NCBI RefSeq assembly: GCF_032444005.1
Contig: NC_091283.1
Coordinates: forward strand, 698,678,001-698,742,000
Direction of reading: 5' to 3'
Origin: Ranitomeya imitator
Taxonomy: Eukaryota
Length of the DNA stretch: 64,000 nucleotides
The notes under the pieces were generated by a model that searched no databases, was not told where the DNA came from, and worked only from the letters and a program-made list of their open reading frames with translations. Position numbers and translations under genes: made by a program. This document shows positions 1-13,943 of this stretch, piece after piece (positions within the stretch are counted from its first letter, which is position 1; every line of letters starts with the position of its first letter).

Positions 1-1967
1 ATTGTAGCTAACATCAAACAAAATTCAAAAAACCTCTCCCAAAATAAACCAGCCTTACCAACACCAGGTCAGATTGCCAATGCACTAGCAATATGCAGCA
101 CACGGGCAAATTACTGATGCAGACGGCCAATCACAAGCCTACCAATTCATGAAGGGGTGACTGCGTAGTATTAAACCTAATACTCTGCTCATATGAGGGT
201 GGGGGTCCACTCTTGCACAGGGGCCCATCGAAGGATTCTGCTGTAGGCCAGTCCAAGCCTAGCTGGAGCCAATCACTGGGCTTAGCAGCTCAAACTGCCT
301 ACATCAGAAGAGAGACCATATTGGGTCTGGGGAAGGCGAGCATTGGTCGGTTTGTCATTTTCTATGTCCTATAACAAAAAATCCCAGACATCCCCTTTAA
401 CTTCAGATCATGGAGCTGAAATCCTTAATTGATCAGCAATACCCTTTATTTATATTTAGTTTTAACTTCTAAAGCAGGAAATCTTCTGTCCTATTATGAT
501 GCACAGATGTAATTAACAAAAAAAATGGAACATTTATAATTCAGGACTGAAGCTGCAGAATTCAGACAATGCTCATTCTGTGAACCAAGTAATGTCAATG
601 AGAAGGGGAGAAAGGGCCCCAAAGGCCAAATGAGGATTGTGAGGGGAATTATATGGGAGGGACGGTATGTATGCCCCATACCCCATGCACATAGAAGCAT
701 ATTGGGCCGCTGGAGTGCATTGCAGTCAGATATAGCTGTGGTTGCAGTGCAGAATAAAAGTTTGGTCTTGGACAAGCTATTTGCCCAATGTCGAATTAAG
801 ACAATCCGGCATTGGCTTTTATTTTTGGAGAGAATTACAGGATGGTAGTGGGGCGGTTCACTCCCTGCAGCAAATGTTGGGTTTGTCAGTGTTTGTTTGC
901 AAGCAGCAGAACAGATGGCTCTGCAACATGGGGCTTGTGTGCAGTCAACATAGAGTTAAAGGAAGTGAACGCCTGTTGCCCCTTCAGCGTGACACGGTGG
1001 TACAGTAGCCCACGTTAACAGGTCTCGGATACAGACTGGTTTGATGCCCTGGCTGCGATCCAGAGGATACCATTTGCTTTTTATTTGTGCATTTTTGGGT
1101 ATTAGATATTTTTGCTTTGACCTTTACTGTGTGAACACGCTGCACTACAATAGGTATAGCGATGCACAGAAGTGTTGGCTATGTCGACTTGCCAAGGAAC
1201 TGAAGGTTCCTCATTTGCATATGATTTCTTTTCTCAGGCACAGTACCAGTAACATGTACAGTGGTAGAATAGATGTAATATGGGCCAAATTCCCCTACAG
1301 CACTGTATAGCATATTTAAAATGCATTTTAGATTGTATGTATCGTTCATCTCTACCATTCAGGTAAGAAACTGACCATATAATTAGGTGTTGGTCTTTGA
1401 TGTTTTTGCAGAATTGTTGGTGAGGGTATTCTTTGTGTCTAATCTTTGCTCTATAGATGTATTTCTGCATTTAAACTACAATTCCCATCATTTTCGGTCA
1501 GATTCAAGCTTAAAGTTGTGGCTTCTCAGCAGCTGCGTCAGGCGAGGGGGAGTCCCTGCTTAGCATAAGAACACCTGCATTGTGGACAGTGAAGCTTGAT
1601 GGGTTTCCATTTAGGGGTACTTGAGGACTGAAGTCTAAAATATTTGACCTAGGTCATGGGACATTTTTGAGGAAATATCTCATCGTAGGATATCTACACA
1701 TCTGTTGTCCTACATTGCAGCCTTCTGACTCTCGTTCCTCTTGAGACGTGGGGTTTGCTCATTTTTAGTTATGACATCACTTGGAAGATGCAAACTGATG
1801 GTTGTGTTTTTCTGTTAAAATAATAGTTTTAACTTTGCAATTCAATGAATTAGAATGACTGCTGCAGGCGTCCAGTGCTCTGGGCCCTAGGAGTGTGCGA
1901 ATACTCTATCCAAACACAATCTATTACAATCCTTTTCCATGTTTGACAAAAAATGTAAAAAGTGCTA

Positions 1968-2430
1968 AATGGAATCTGTCAGCAGCTTTATGATACTGAG
2001 AGCATCTTAAGGTAGGAGCAAGAACCTTGATCCCAGCAATCACTTACTTGGCTGGCTGCTGCAGTTTTGGCACAACCACTGTTTTCTCTGCAGCAGATCT
2101 ACCAATTCTCTGAATGTATAAGGCCACTTTCACACATCAGGTTTTCAGTGTCAGGCTAAATCCGGCTAATTTTCAAAAAAAACGGATCCGTCGCATCAGT
2201 TTTTCACAATCTGCGCCGGATCCAGTTTTTCCAACATTCGCCGGATTTAGCCTGACACTGAAAACCTGATGTGTGAAAGTAGCCTTACCTTGCCTCCACC
2301 ACTGATTGGCAGCTTTCAATGTACACTGTACATGGACAGAAAGCTGTCAATCAATTGTGGATATGGTCATACAGAGCTCATGATTATCAAAGCTACAACA
2401 TGCAGCTCAGTAAGTGACACACCACTGGAA
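1968..2430. mobile_element. Decayed T2-like MITE (same family as 53683-54132), interrupted by a younger MITE
   Basis: Shares ggaatctgtcagcag, ccaccactgattggcagcttt and gcagctcagtaagtgacac blocks with 53683-54132. Confidence 0.7.
2122..2284. mobile_element. Palindromic MITE, TAA/TTA-flanked (PIF/Harbinger-like, inferred)
   Basis: GGCCACTTTCACACATCAGGTTTTCAGTGTCAGGCTAAATCCGGC and its reverse complement form TIRs of about 45 bp. Confidence 0.9.
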
Positions 2431-3171
2431 TCCCGTAAAAGAAAACGGGAGAAGTCAGCACACCAACGATGAAGACACCTGTACCATGAAGAGGAACAGT
2501 GCACGGAGCCGACCAGTCCAGGGCTGCAGCAGCAAGTAGGAAAAAGTAGATTGTCCAGCGAAATGTTCTCAGGTGAGTAAAACTTGAAGTTTATTTCACA
2601 AAAAACATTAAAACCAGGTATGGCGGCACAGAGTAGACCGGACTACATAGTGATGAAGCCACAGCCAACTAGATTCAGCATACAGCCTTAATCATGGCCA
2701 TAGAGAAATGGATACACAGCAGCATTATATGCCCTCTATTTCCGATCACATGTTTCTGACAACCGAGCAGACAATGAAAATGCTAAACTGGACAAACCGT
2801 ACAAAACACATTAAAATGATATTAATGAAGCATCAGTGGATATGTGGATTTTCAGATATATCGTAATATCGTAGGGGCCTGCTGTAAACCCACATATTGT
2901 ATTTTGCACACCTCACCTGCCATTAGATACATGACATTTTCTGTGTTGTAGTTTCATTATTCAGGATTTTATGTCCATAACTATAAGAATGAAAATTAGT
3001 GTATTCACACCTGATGGGGGGGGGGGAAAAAAAGATTTGTGGGAAGTAAAGAACCTAGTGTTAGATCCTGAGTTAGTAAAGGCAAATAGATTTGCAGTGA
3101 TCATGTGAAATTTTGGACTGAACTGAGTATAGTGCAGTGGACTGCACGGAGTCAGTGCAGGGAAGCTGTCG

Positions 3172-3592
3172 GCCGGAGCGCTTGCATTAGCAGCGCTCCT
3201 GCCGAAAGCAGTTTTAACCCTGTGGACGCCGGGGGACAGACATCAGAATGTGAGTATGTACTGTTTTTTTTTTTTTTACTTTTACAATGGTAACCAGGGT
3301 AAATATCGGGTTACTAAGCGCGGCCTTGCGCTTAGTAACCCGATATTTACCCTGGTTACAAGTGAACACATCGCTGGATCGGCGTCACACACACCGATTC
3401 AGCGATGACAGCAGGTGATCAGCGACCAAAAAAAGGTCCTGATCATTCCCCACGACCAACGATCTCCCAGCAGGGGCCTGATCATTGGTCGCTGTCACAC
3501 CTAACGAGATCGTTAGCGGGATCGTTGCTACGCCACAAAAAGCGTGACGTTGCAACGATATCGTTAACGAAATCGTTATGTGTGAAGGTACC
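3172..3592. mobile_element. Right half of a GGTACC-family MITE
   Basis: Internal hairpin ggtaaccagggtaaatatcgggttactaagcg..., ending GTGTGAAGGTACC; homologous to 26007-26718. Confidence 0.85.
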
Positions 3593-3671
3593 TTTATTCC
3601 AGTAGACTGCCTCCGGCTGCGGCCTTGAAGGGGGCTGATACAACACAAGCATCAGACAGCGCAATTTTTGA

Positions 3672-3952
3672 TTTACTTTTACAATGGTAACCAGGGTAAA
3701 TATCGGGTTAATAAGCGCGGCCCTGCACTTAGTAACCCGATGTTTACCCTGGTTACCCGGGTGCTGCAGGGGGACTTCGGCATCGTTGAAGACCGTTTCA
3801 ACGATGCCGAAGTCATTCCCCTGATCGTTGGTCGCTGGAGAGAGCTGTCTGTGTGACAGCTCCCCAGCGACCACACAACGACTTACCAACGATCACGGCC
3901 AGGTCGTATCGCTGGTCGTGATCGTTGGTAAATCGTTTAGTGTAACGGTACC
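3672..3952. mobile_element. Second right half of a GGTACC-family MITE
   Basis: Same internal hairpin, ending GTGTAACGGTACC. Confidence 0.85.
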
Positions 3953-4199
3953 TTTAGCAACTCTGCTGTTCACCAGGACGCCAGGCTCCCTGGTGTTAGC
4001 TGTTGCCAGCTGGTGTGGGATGCCATACCTGCTGGGGCAGTCAGATGGTGGGAGGTTTTCTCCAGTCTTCTCTCCCCTCCTCCAGTGTCTCTGTGGTCCG
4101 GGGGTGGAGATTGTGCTTTGCTCCAGCGTGGTGAGGTGACTCCTGGAACGCTGCTGTGCTAACCACAGAGCCACCGTGCTGCCCCCTTGATGCAATCGC

Positions 4200-4470
4200 T
4201 TTGGTTAAGTGTTTATCTGAATAGCTATAGCACTTAACGAATAGCTGCATTGGGAACCTGGATACCCAGAGCACTCCCGATAATCAGCTGTTCCGAGCCC
4301 CAGCTGCAGGTGTCGTGGCTGTGTGACAGGCTCTCCATGCGTGTGTTGTGACTGTCATACAGCAGTGACACATGCAGCTGCGGCACCGAACAGCTGATTA
4401 TCGGGAGCGCTCCAGGTTACCAAGGCAGCTATTTGGATAAGCACTTATCCGAAGCTATTCGTTCAACCCT
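4200..4470. repeat. Foldback element
   Basis: cccagagcactcccgataatcagctgttc / gaacagctgattatcgggagcgctcc inverted arms. Confidence 0.7.
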
Positions 4471-6484
4471 ACTGAGAACACTTTGTTGGAGAATCTACTT
4501 TTCATAATTGGAATTGGGGGTCTGTCGCTACACCATGTTGCTCTCATATTAGGTGACAAAAACCTGGTGACAGTTTCCTTTTAGTTTGAAATGCTTTTAA
4601 AAGTCTCAAGGAGTTTGTGCAGCAGGTTAAATATATTCAGGCCATTTAAAAGGTTGGCTTAAATGAAGTCAACCTGGTGATCAGTTTTTGCAGTGGGTCC
4701 TTCTTCTGAAACCCTCGGCAATTTGCTTTTACTACCGGGGAAAGTTGCAGACAGGCATGCATTTAATACTAGTCAATGTAATACTTGTTGGCTCCCCAAA
4801 CAGCAACAACACTGTGGATTATTCATTAAGACTGGTGTGGCACATGTCAGCCTTAATGAAGCACTTGCTCGACTACACAGATCTCTCTCCATCATGTCCC
4901 ACCCATGCCAAGCCCACATGGGTATTGCTGAACATGACTGGTGTGTAAACGCCAAAAGCGGAGTTGTAACTAATTAGGGTGTTTGTTCCAGATTTCTGGT
5001 GTCAGTGCCTCAATGACTTGGTCTACATAATCCTATAAAACATATGGAAAACCATTGCCTACTTTTTCATTTTGAGACTGAATGCCACTGCTAGCCACTC
5101 CATGTTACAGTAGGTCCCTTTCACACTTCTGATTCTCTTTTCACGGAGAGAACATGTTCCCTCTTTCAGAGAAAAAAATATGGTAACTGTCTAAATTAGA
5201 TCTGAGTTGCAAAGAAAACTTGCCTATGCAATTTTAGTTGGTAATTGAAAAAAAACTCCCGGAGAGCACCCTATTGGCATCATAGGACTGTCTGTTCTCC
5301 CGGTGTGTTGACTGTGAGATGGGAAACTAGAGAAACTGAAGACACACTGCTGGTAAAACTTGACACCAAGCTAGATCTGATCCAGAACACTGATAAACAT
5401 TGGTCTGTTTTTCCACATACACAAAAACATGCAAAACGGAGTATGGTCCTCCATCGTCCCACTCGGAGGGGAAAATGGAGATGTCATCGATGGCAGTAAT
5501 CCGATTTGGTTTTTACATTCTAGTCCAGTCTACAATAGACCACTTTGTATCTACGGCTGCCATTGGGCAGGACAGGATAGATTTCTGTTTGGAGGAAAGT
5601 TCATATTGTTCAGTACAATGGATAGCGAAATCAATGAGACTATGAACAAATCCAAAACTGCACAAGTCTAATTGACGTAGAATCAAAAGTTTAGGCCATT
5701 TGAGCAGTCAACCTGCAGCTCCGGAACGGGAAATCTCTGAAAATCTCTAAAGCTGGACCCTTCCTTTTGTGGAAGGTACTGTGGTCTAGAAATATTTTCA
5801 ATCAAATTATTATTATTGTATACAAAGAATATTTTTATTTTCAATATGTTTATACAAAATATAACTTTGACTTTGTTTCTCTTAATGAAGACAAGTGAGA
5901 AAACATTATTGTTCTAAGCACTTTTTTGCTCCATTGCCAAAACTGCAAAGCTTGTCCTAAAGTGTGGAATCATTAATCCTGTGTCCTCTCATATGTCAGT
6001 GTAAGTTTCCATGCCCAGCCAGATAATTCTATTCTCAATCAATCTACTCCCACAGGGTATGTTGCTTATTGATATTATGCCAGATCTCATCCATATATGC
6101 TGACGAGATACAATTGCAGAAATGTCCGAGTCGGCCATGACCCTGCGGCGGTTTTCATCACTCCTTCTCTTCTCAAACTAATAGGAGGGGCTGTCATAAA
6201 TACAAACCAAGCAGCTGACAATTAATAAGTGGAAGTGTATGTATTGATTGATACTTTATACAAGATGGACAGAGAGGTCTAGAGTTTCGCTGCGGTCGAA
6301 ATTTTTTTTCTGGGATATATGTTGTATTTAAGGCTAGTGTAAAAAAATAACATTAATATGCACTCCTCAACATTGATATTGCAACATGAAGGAAAAGTCG
6401 CAAAAATAAACCCCAAGTCATCATATTATATCTAGTCATGCACCCCAAATGTGAAATACATAATGGAAATAGCGACTCAATAAT

Positions 6485-7794
6485 ATATTGTAGAGGGAGA
6501 ACCTGAGTCAAAGCTATATTAAAACTTTGTAATTTTCATTTCAAAAATGGTAAACACACATATATAAAGATAAAAAGAGAGAGACCGTATTTGAGCAAAA
6601 AACATGTAGAGGTAAATATAAATACAAGTCAGCGGCATATAAACCCAAAGCTAATAACAACGAGTGCCAAGCGCACAACAAGTAGCAGGTAGGGTATAAA
6701 GATTGTGAATATCCTATAGTGCTAGCCATACAGTGCGGCAGTGTAGATGTCTATATGTAATGAGGTCCCATTTTATCCTGGTCAAAGGTCAGGAAAATAA
6801 GGAGTGTATGTGTAGGTTCCTCCCATGGCTTAAGCCTCGTGTACATCCAGGGATGTCTAAAACCTAACACGTGTTTACACAGTGACCGACCGCAATATAT
6901 AAAGACAATATATGAAGCTAGTACACTGCCGCACTGTCTATGGCTAGCACTATAGGATATTGACAATCTTTATACCCTACCTGCCATTTGTTGTGCGCTT
7001 GGTGCTCGTAGTAATTACCTTTGGGTTTATATGTCGCTGACCTGTATTTATATGTACCTCTACATGTGTTATACTCGTATACGTTGTCACTCTCTTTTTA
7101 TCTTAATATACGGTGTGTGTGTATATAATATACATAATATATATAATATACATATACACACACACCGTATATTAAGATAAAGAGAGTGACAACGTATACG
7201 AGTATAACACATGTAGAGGTACATATAAATACAGGTCAGCGACATATAAACCCAAAGGTAATTACTACGAGCACCAAGCGCACAACAAATGGCAGGTAGG
7301 GTATAAAGATTGTCAATATCCTATAGTGCTAGCCATAGACAGTGCGACAGTGTACTAGCTTTATATATTGTCTTTATATATTGCGGTCGGTCACTGTGTA
7401 AACACGTGTTAGGTTTTAGACATCCCTGGATGTACACGAGGCTTAAGCCATGGGAGGAACCTACACATACACTCCTTATTTTCCTGACCTTTGACCAGGA
7501 TAAAATAGGACCTCATTACATATAGACATCTACACTGCCGCACTGTATGGCTAGCACTATAGGATATTGACAATCTTTATACCCTACCTGCTACTTGTTG
7601 TGCGCTTGGCACTCGTGGTTATTAGCTTTGGGTTTATATGTCGCTGACTTGTATTTATATTTACCTCTACATGTTTTTTGCTCAAATAAGGTCTCTCTCT
7701 TTTTATCTTTATATATGTGTGTTTACTATTTTTGAAATAAAAATTACAAAGTTTTAATATAGCTTTGACTCAGGTTCTCTCACTATACAACATG
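6485..7794. repeat. About 1.3-kb imperfect palindrome centred near 7140; each arm itself carries internal inverted repeats
   Basis: 6485-7140 is the reverse complement of 7141-7794 with scattered substitutions, centred on an AT-rich spacer. Confidence 0.95.
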
Positions 7795-10139
7795 AAGGAA
7801 AAGTCATAGTATGACAATAATTACAGGATTTGATGATGTGCAAATTATGTAAAAATGGTAACGTCATTTTCAGAATATCTTGACTTATTCAGTATTGAGT
7901 ATAAGCACCGCAGAAATCCCGGCACTTACAGCATTGTCTGCTATATCGAGGTTATTAATGGTTGTCTGGGGAATGTTCTGCCATGCTGAATGCACATGGA
8001 CAAATCATCAAGAGCCATTGCTGGCTCCTCTTTTGCAATTGCTGACCGTTGACGTCCCAGATTTGCTCAATGCGAGATAAGTCTGGAAACCAATGGTACA
8101 TCCATTTCTCCAAAGTTCTTATATTACTGTTAGCAGCCTAAAAGTGCTACCATGGCCTGCAGCATATCTTGTCTTTCATCAAGCACATCTATGATGTCAT
8201 TGGTCAGTAATTACAAAGGGAGCTGCCAGCAATGTATCTTGATGATTTGCTCACCTAACTGAATTCAGCATGGCGGAACATTCTTCAGACAACAATTTCT
8301 AGCCTCGTTGATAGCAGCCAAGACGTGTAAGTGCAGGGATTTCTGTGTGTGGCGCTCATACTCCATACTGATTACATCAAGATCTTTTTAAATTTTTGTT
8401 TAAATTTTTCATCATTTGCTTGTCATTTAACATATCTATCCATCCTGTGATTTTCATAATAATAACTTTTTTTTCTTGCTGTTACTATATCCATGTTTAG
8501 GAGTGTTTTCTTGTTTTGTAGGTGATCTGATTTTCAGATGTAGTTTAGATGTAGCTCAGTTTTGTAATTTAACAGAGAAATTGACTAATGAGAAATTTTC
8601 AGTTTCTAAAATTTTTTTTTTAAATACCAATCGTAATGAAAACTTTTTTTAGTTATTCTTAACTTACTCTGTAAGATTTCACCTGACATAACCGATAAAA
8701 GCTTAAAATTCGCTTAAATGTAACTGAACTCTATCACAACTGTATGAGGAGCAAATTTTCCTTGTCCACTTTTGCTTCTCCCTTCTTCTAGGTTCTCCTC
8801 TTTTTAGATACAGCAGGTGTCATTTGATCACTCACTGCAGATGGATTTGCAGACAAGGATTTTTTTCCTTTTAGAGATTATGTAGAATTTCATACCTTAA
8901 TTTGTATTGCTAATTTAAGAGCGAAAAATAAGTGTAGCTACCATTTAAATGAAGTTCCGCCTGACAAATCCAAATACTGTGCTTATCTCTTCATATGCTG
9001 ATCACTACTTTAGCTAGGTTGTGTAGGATCAAGCAGATCTTCCAGCTGGGGCCGTATTTGTCACGAGGAGAGCTGCTTCTGGTGGCAGTCTAGACTGTTT
9101 CAGGGGTGGCAAAATACAGTTGCTCCTATTTCAGATTGGGATACTTTGCACTGGCTAATAGGCAGTGGCCACTTGCAGCAATCCAAACAACTGTGTGATA
9201 ATCATGGGCCTGGTGCAAGACTGCCAGTGCCATTTGTATTTCAGCTGGATGTGCACATCCTGTTGAAAAATATTGTAAAGAAGAGAGCCACTAGCTCACC
9301 GGCTTATCAGAGGCCAGCAGCTAGTGATGTCAGCGTTTCCATACAGGAGATGCAGTGACGTCACTGCTTTGCACTGCCTGCTCTGATAGATAGAAGAAGA
9401 AAATGGAGCTTTTCACTGTCGGAGCAGAGACCGGTGAGCTGAATGGTTATTTTTAGTTAACTGAAGAATGCCACAATGGGGACATTAAACTGTATGGGGA
9501 CCACAAGATGGGGGACTTCTCTACTGTGAGGAGGTCACAAAAGAGGACATCTCTAGTGTAATATATTTTATTTTTGGAGGTACTGTTAATGTGGGATGAA
9601 CAGACTGTTCTGTGTGAGCGAGACTCCTCTGGGGGCTTACTGGAAGCCCCCTGAGCAGTGATGTGACGTCAGAAGGAGGGGGGGAGCAGCTCCATTGTCA
9701 GTGATGGCAGGTACTGTCAGGGTTACAAACCACACTATTCATGTTGACTTTATTGTTTATGAAGGCATGGTCATTAGTATATTTTTTTTTTTTTATCTCC
9801 AAGAGGAGTTTCACTTTTTAAAAAAATCGGTGTGTGGGGTATGGATGATTAGTGTAACTAGGGGAGAAGATGATGCAGGATTACTGCAGTGTTTATCCTG
9901 ACCACATTTGTGAATTATTCCTGCTGATATATACGGTAGTTATGTACACATATTTTTCATTACTGGATGCTGGTATATACTTGTGTCTAGTTTCTTCACT
10001 GCCGATATTTTTGTGTTTGTTCATTGCAGGATTCTGGTAGATACATGGGTGTATGATGTCTGCTGATTCAGTTGAAACCAGAAGTTTACATGCACTATGT
10101 AAAAAGACACATATGCATGTTTTTCTCAATATCTGATAT

Positions 10140-10560
10140 TGCCCTAAAACTGATTGACTTTGGTCAAACGTTTGGGAAATTCTTCCACAAGCTTCTCACA
10201 ATAGTTAGTCAGAATTTGGGCCCATTCCTCCTGACAAAACTGGTGTAACTGATCCAGGTTTGTAGGTCACCTTGCTCACACCGGCCTTTTCAGCTTTGCC
10301 CATAAATGTTCAATAATATTGAGATCAGGGCTTTGTGATGGCCACTCCAAAACATTGACTTTGTTATCCTTAGGCCACTTTGTTACCATTTTGGCAGTAT
10401 GCTTCAGGTCATTGTCCATTTTGAAGACCCATTTCCACCCAAGCTTTAACTTCCTGGCTGATGTCTTGAGATGTTTCTTCAGTATTGCCACATAATCTTC
10501 TCATGATGCCATCTATTTTGTGAAGTGCACCTGTCCCTCCTGCAGAAAACAACCCACAAC
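10140..10560 (-). mobile_element. Tc1 (Sleeping Beauty-like) transposase fragment
   Basis: ORF 10276-10491: [12 protein letters not shown]...[18 protein letters not shown]. Confidence 0.88.
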
Positions 10561-12375
10561 TGATGCACATCTTCCCCTTTTCCTTTCTGTGCCATCTGCA
10601 TGTATCTGACCTTTACCAGAGATAAAAAGCACGTTCTTACATGCAGGAACATTATCAAGTTGTGATGAAGGTTATGGTGCTGACCCATAGCCTAACATTG
10701 TCACCAGCAACTGGGTGCATTACCTAGGCATTACGCCTCATGGCACTTGTACGGCTTTCACAAGTTATTTTATTGCTAGAATAATGGTGTATCAGTCCCT
10801 ATACAGGCATGGGGTTTATGTAATATCTTGGCCATTTTTTTGTTTGGAAGATGTTTGATGGCTCAATATCAAGTCCTTTTACATTCTTCAAATTGAAATT
10901 GTAACACCAAGAAGGAAAACTTGTAGACTGATGGCGATCACAAGATGGATAGATATGATAATGATGTGCAAATGAGGAAATATGGAAACAACATTTTCAA
11001 AACCCAATCCATATAATTATCCTTCTGTGCACATCCTGCACGGTCTAAATATGCTACCATAGCCTGCAGCATCTTTGAACTTGCCTGGTTGTAAAAACTG
11101 GGGAATGAATGGAATGCAGGGGAACGTAGCATGGTAGACTTGCGGTGATGCACCACCTGCTGGCATAAACTCATATGAACTCTAGCGTGGGAATTTTTCA
11201 GAATATTTTTTTCACGCTAGAGTTCATATAAGTTTATGCCAGCAGGGGGATATATGTGCATCGAGCACATCTGGGGCATTACTGGTCGACTGTTAGAAAA
11301 TTAGCTGCCAGCAGCGGATCTTGATGACATGCCCAAATGCTTTCAATGCAGAACAACATTCCTCAGACAATCCTTAATCCTCTCATTGATAGCAGCCAAG
11401 ACTGTAAGTGATAGGATTTCTGTGCATAACACTCATGCTTGAAATTAAACAAGTTGAGATGTATTGAAAATGTTGTATCTGTTTTCATCATTTACATATT
11501 GGTAACATGTCTATCCATCCTGTGATTTCCATAATTCCATGGTTTTTCCTACTTGGTGACACAAGTGGTGTGTATATACCAGGTTAGATTGGGTAGTACT
11601 TAAAATAACTAGAGAATAAGGATTCCAATATAATGGGAAGCCCAAACTTTCCAGTCTTCTATGTAAAGAGTGTGATATTGGCAAACTCTAATGCGTCTTC
11701 ACTAGGTCAAGACCGGAAGCTTTGTCTTAATAGCTCTGCTATATTTGACTACATAGTTGCTTTAGCTACCGTCTAACAATGTTGCTCTCCGCCAGTAGAC
11801 AGAATTTCCATTCACTTCTATGAAGAAAAGCAGAAGGCTTCAGAACTCAAGAGCACAAATGTATTAGGGAACAGGTAGCCCAAATCTTTAGTCTTTATGG
11901 CAAGTAACAAAGTTTGTTGTATGGTATGTATGCCCTTGACTTCAAGGGCGTATGTACCATAAAGGAAGATCATAGGGTTGCCATATATCCCCTGCCGGAG
12001 GGTGGCCAGCCCATGTGGCTGCATCCCCTATTTAATGGGAAAAGAGGAAGACGATGGTTCTCCTCCCCAAAAGCCCCCAAAAGCCCTATGCTGTTCAGTA
12101 GTCGTTCTTACACTATATTCTTTGAGGTTTTATTTCTTGGCATTTCTATGATTTATTATGGTGCATATAAGTCATTCTTGTATGTTAAAATGTAGACATG
12201 GAATATGGACTTTTACTTGAATTATACGGAGTTTCGTGACACTTATTCACTGATCCATGGCTTCTGTTTTCTTTATTGCATTGAATTAATTTCTTTAGGT
12301 GTTAGTTAAAGATCCATGTGCAAATCCCAATCACAGCCTTGGAGCAGCGGTCACACCAGCAATTAGTAGAGTTAA

Positions 12376-12766
12376 GGCCCCGTCACATATAGCGACGCTT
12401 AAGCGATCCCGACAACGATACGACCTGTCAGGGATCGTTGCTGCGTCGGTATGTGGTCGCTGGTGAGATGTCACACAGTGCGATCTCCCCAACGACGCAG
12501 CAGCGATGCGGCGACCTGTAGCGACCTGTAGAACGATGCTATTTCATGATGATTCAATGGGACGTCTTGTCAACGAGGTCGTTGGTAAGGTGTCAAACAC
12601 AGCGATGTGTGCTACCCAGCGGGACCTCAACGATCAAAAAACGGTCCAGGCCATTCCGACACGACCAGCGATCTCACAGCAGGGGCCTGGTCGCTGCTAC
12701 GTGTCACACATAGCGAGATCGCTACTGAGGTCGCTGTTGCGTCACAAAACTTGTGACTTGTGACGC
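12376..12766. mobile_element. MITE (GGCCCCGTCACA terminus), right end abraded
   Basis: TTAA-GGCCCCGTCACATATAGCGA left end; CpG-rich internal sequence homologous to the 3400-3590 region. Confidence 0.8.
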
Positions 12767-13943
12767 TTATTCCGGTAGACTGCCTCCGGCGGCGGCCTTG
12801 AAGGGGGCTGATACAACACAAACATCAGACAGTGCAATTTTTGACTTTGTGAAAAACCTGTTTTAGAATTTTGTCAGAGACAAATTGATGAGAAGCCTAT
12901 AGTAAAACTAGACCAACCCACAGCCGCTATTCAATCGATAGGAGAAATTAACACCCACTTACATTTGTAATGTAGATATCAGAAAGCATGATATATAACA
13001 AAAATGTCTCCAAGAACCCAACCCAGGCTGCAGATTGTCTGCTCTGGCTTCTGTTACTGTGGAATTGGAATGTTGGTTGATACCTTTCAATGTCTAACTG
13101 AAAAGATGGTAACAAATGTCAAGTTTCAAGACTACACAGGTCTCTTCATGAGGCATAGAATGATACAAAATCTGAAGAATCACATATTTATACACAACAA
13201 GGCCCATAAAGTACATTATTCACATGCACTGTTGTATATATGTAACTCTTCAGATTTTGTATCATTCTATGCCTCATGAAGAGACATGAGTAGTCTTGAA
13301 ACTTGCAATTTGTTACCATCTTTTCAGTTAGACGTTGAAAGGTATCAACCACTGAGGACTCTCAATTCTAAATATATTTTTTATCTACTGGCAAACATTA
13401 TACAAAGATATATATCTTTCCTGTATGGTAAATGCAATTTATATGGAAACGTTGACCTCTTCTGGTCATTTTTGGTAAGTGCAAGTGCTTATTTAGAAAA
13501 CCAAGTGCAAAGAATTCTCAAGGGGAAACCTTATTTATTTTATTTCTTTTACTCACTTATATAGCACCATTAATTCCACAGCACTTTACAGACATTATTT
13601 GAAGGCCAAGGTCCCACATAGCTTTAAACACAGCCGTGTAACTGCGTAAACAGCAGAAATAAATGTAGTTTTATCGCTAAGTGGGAACACAGCCTTGGCC
13701 AAACCAAAAAAATATATATCTGAAATAAGTTGCACCATAATTGCTGATTTAAAAAAAATATATATTAAAATCAAGAAAATGTTCCGTTTTCTATAAATTG
13801 GTGAGGTTAATCCAGGTGTTTTATTTCAGACACGGCTAAAACTTAGATAAGATGTAGCACTGATATTACCAGCGCATAATATGTTATTCTAGGAGCGGGA
13901 TGCTAGTAGGGTGAACAATAATATGTAGCCTTTGTCTTCACAG

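Noticed and set aside
6098-6132. Second hammerhead-like core (CTGACGA...GAAATGTC)
   Set aside because: Neither stem II nor stem I can pair.
1-13943. RET exon 1 or promoter
   Set aside because: No ATG plus signal-peptide exon ending in a phase-1 donor and no non-repeat CpG island were found. The region is treated as intron 1.
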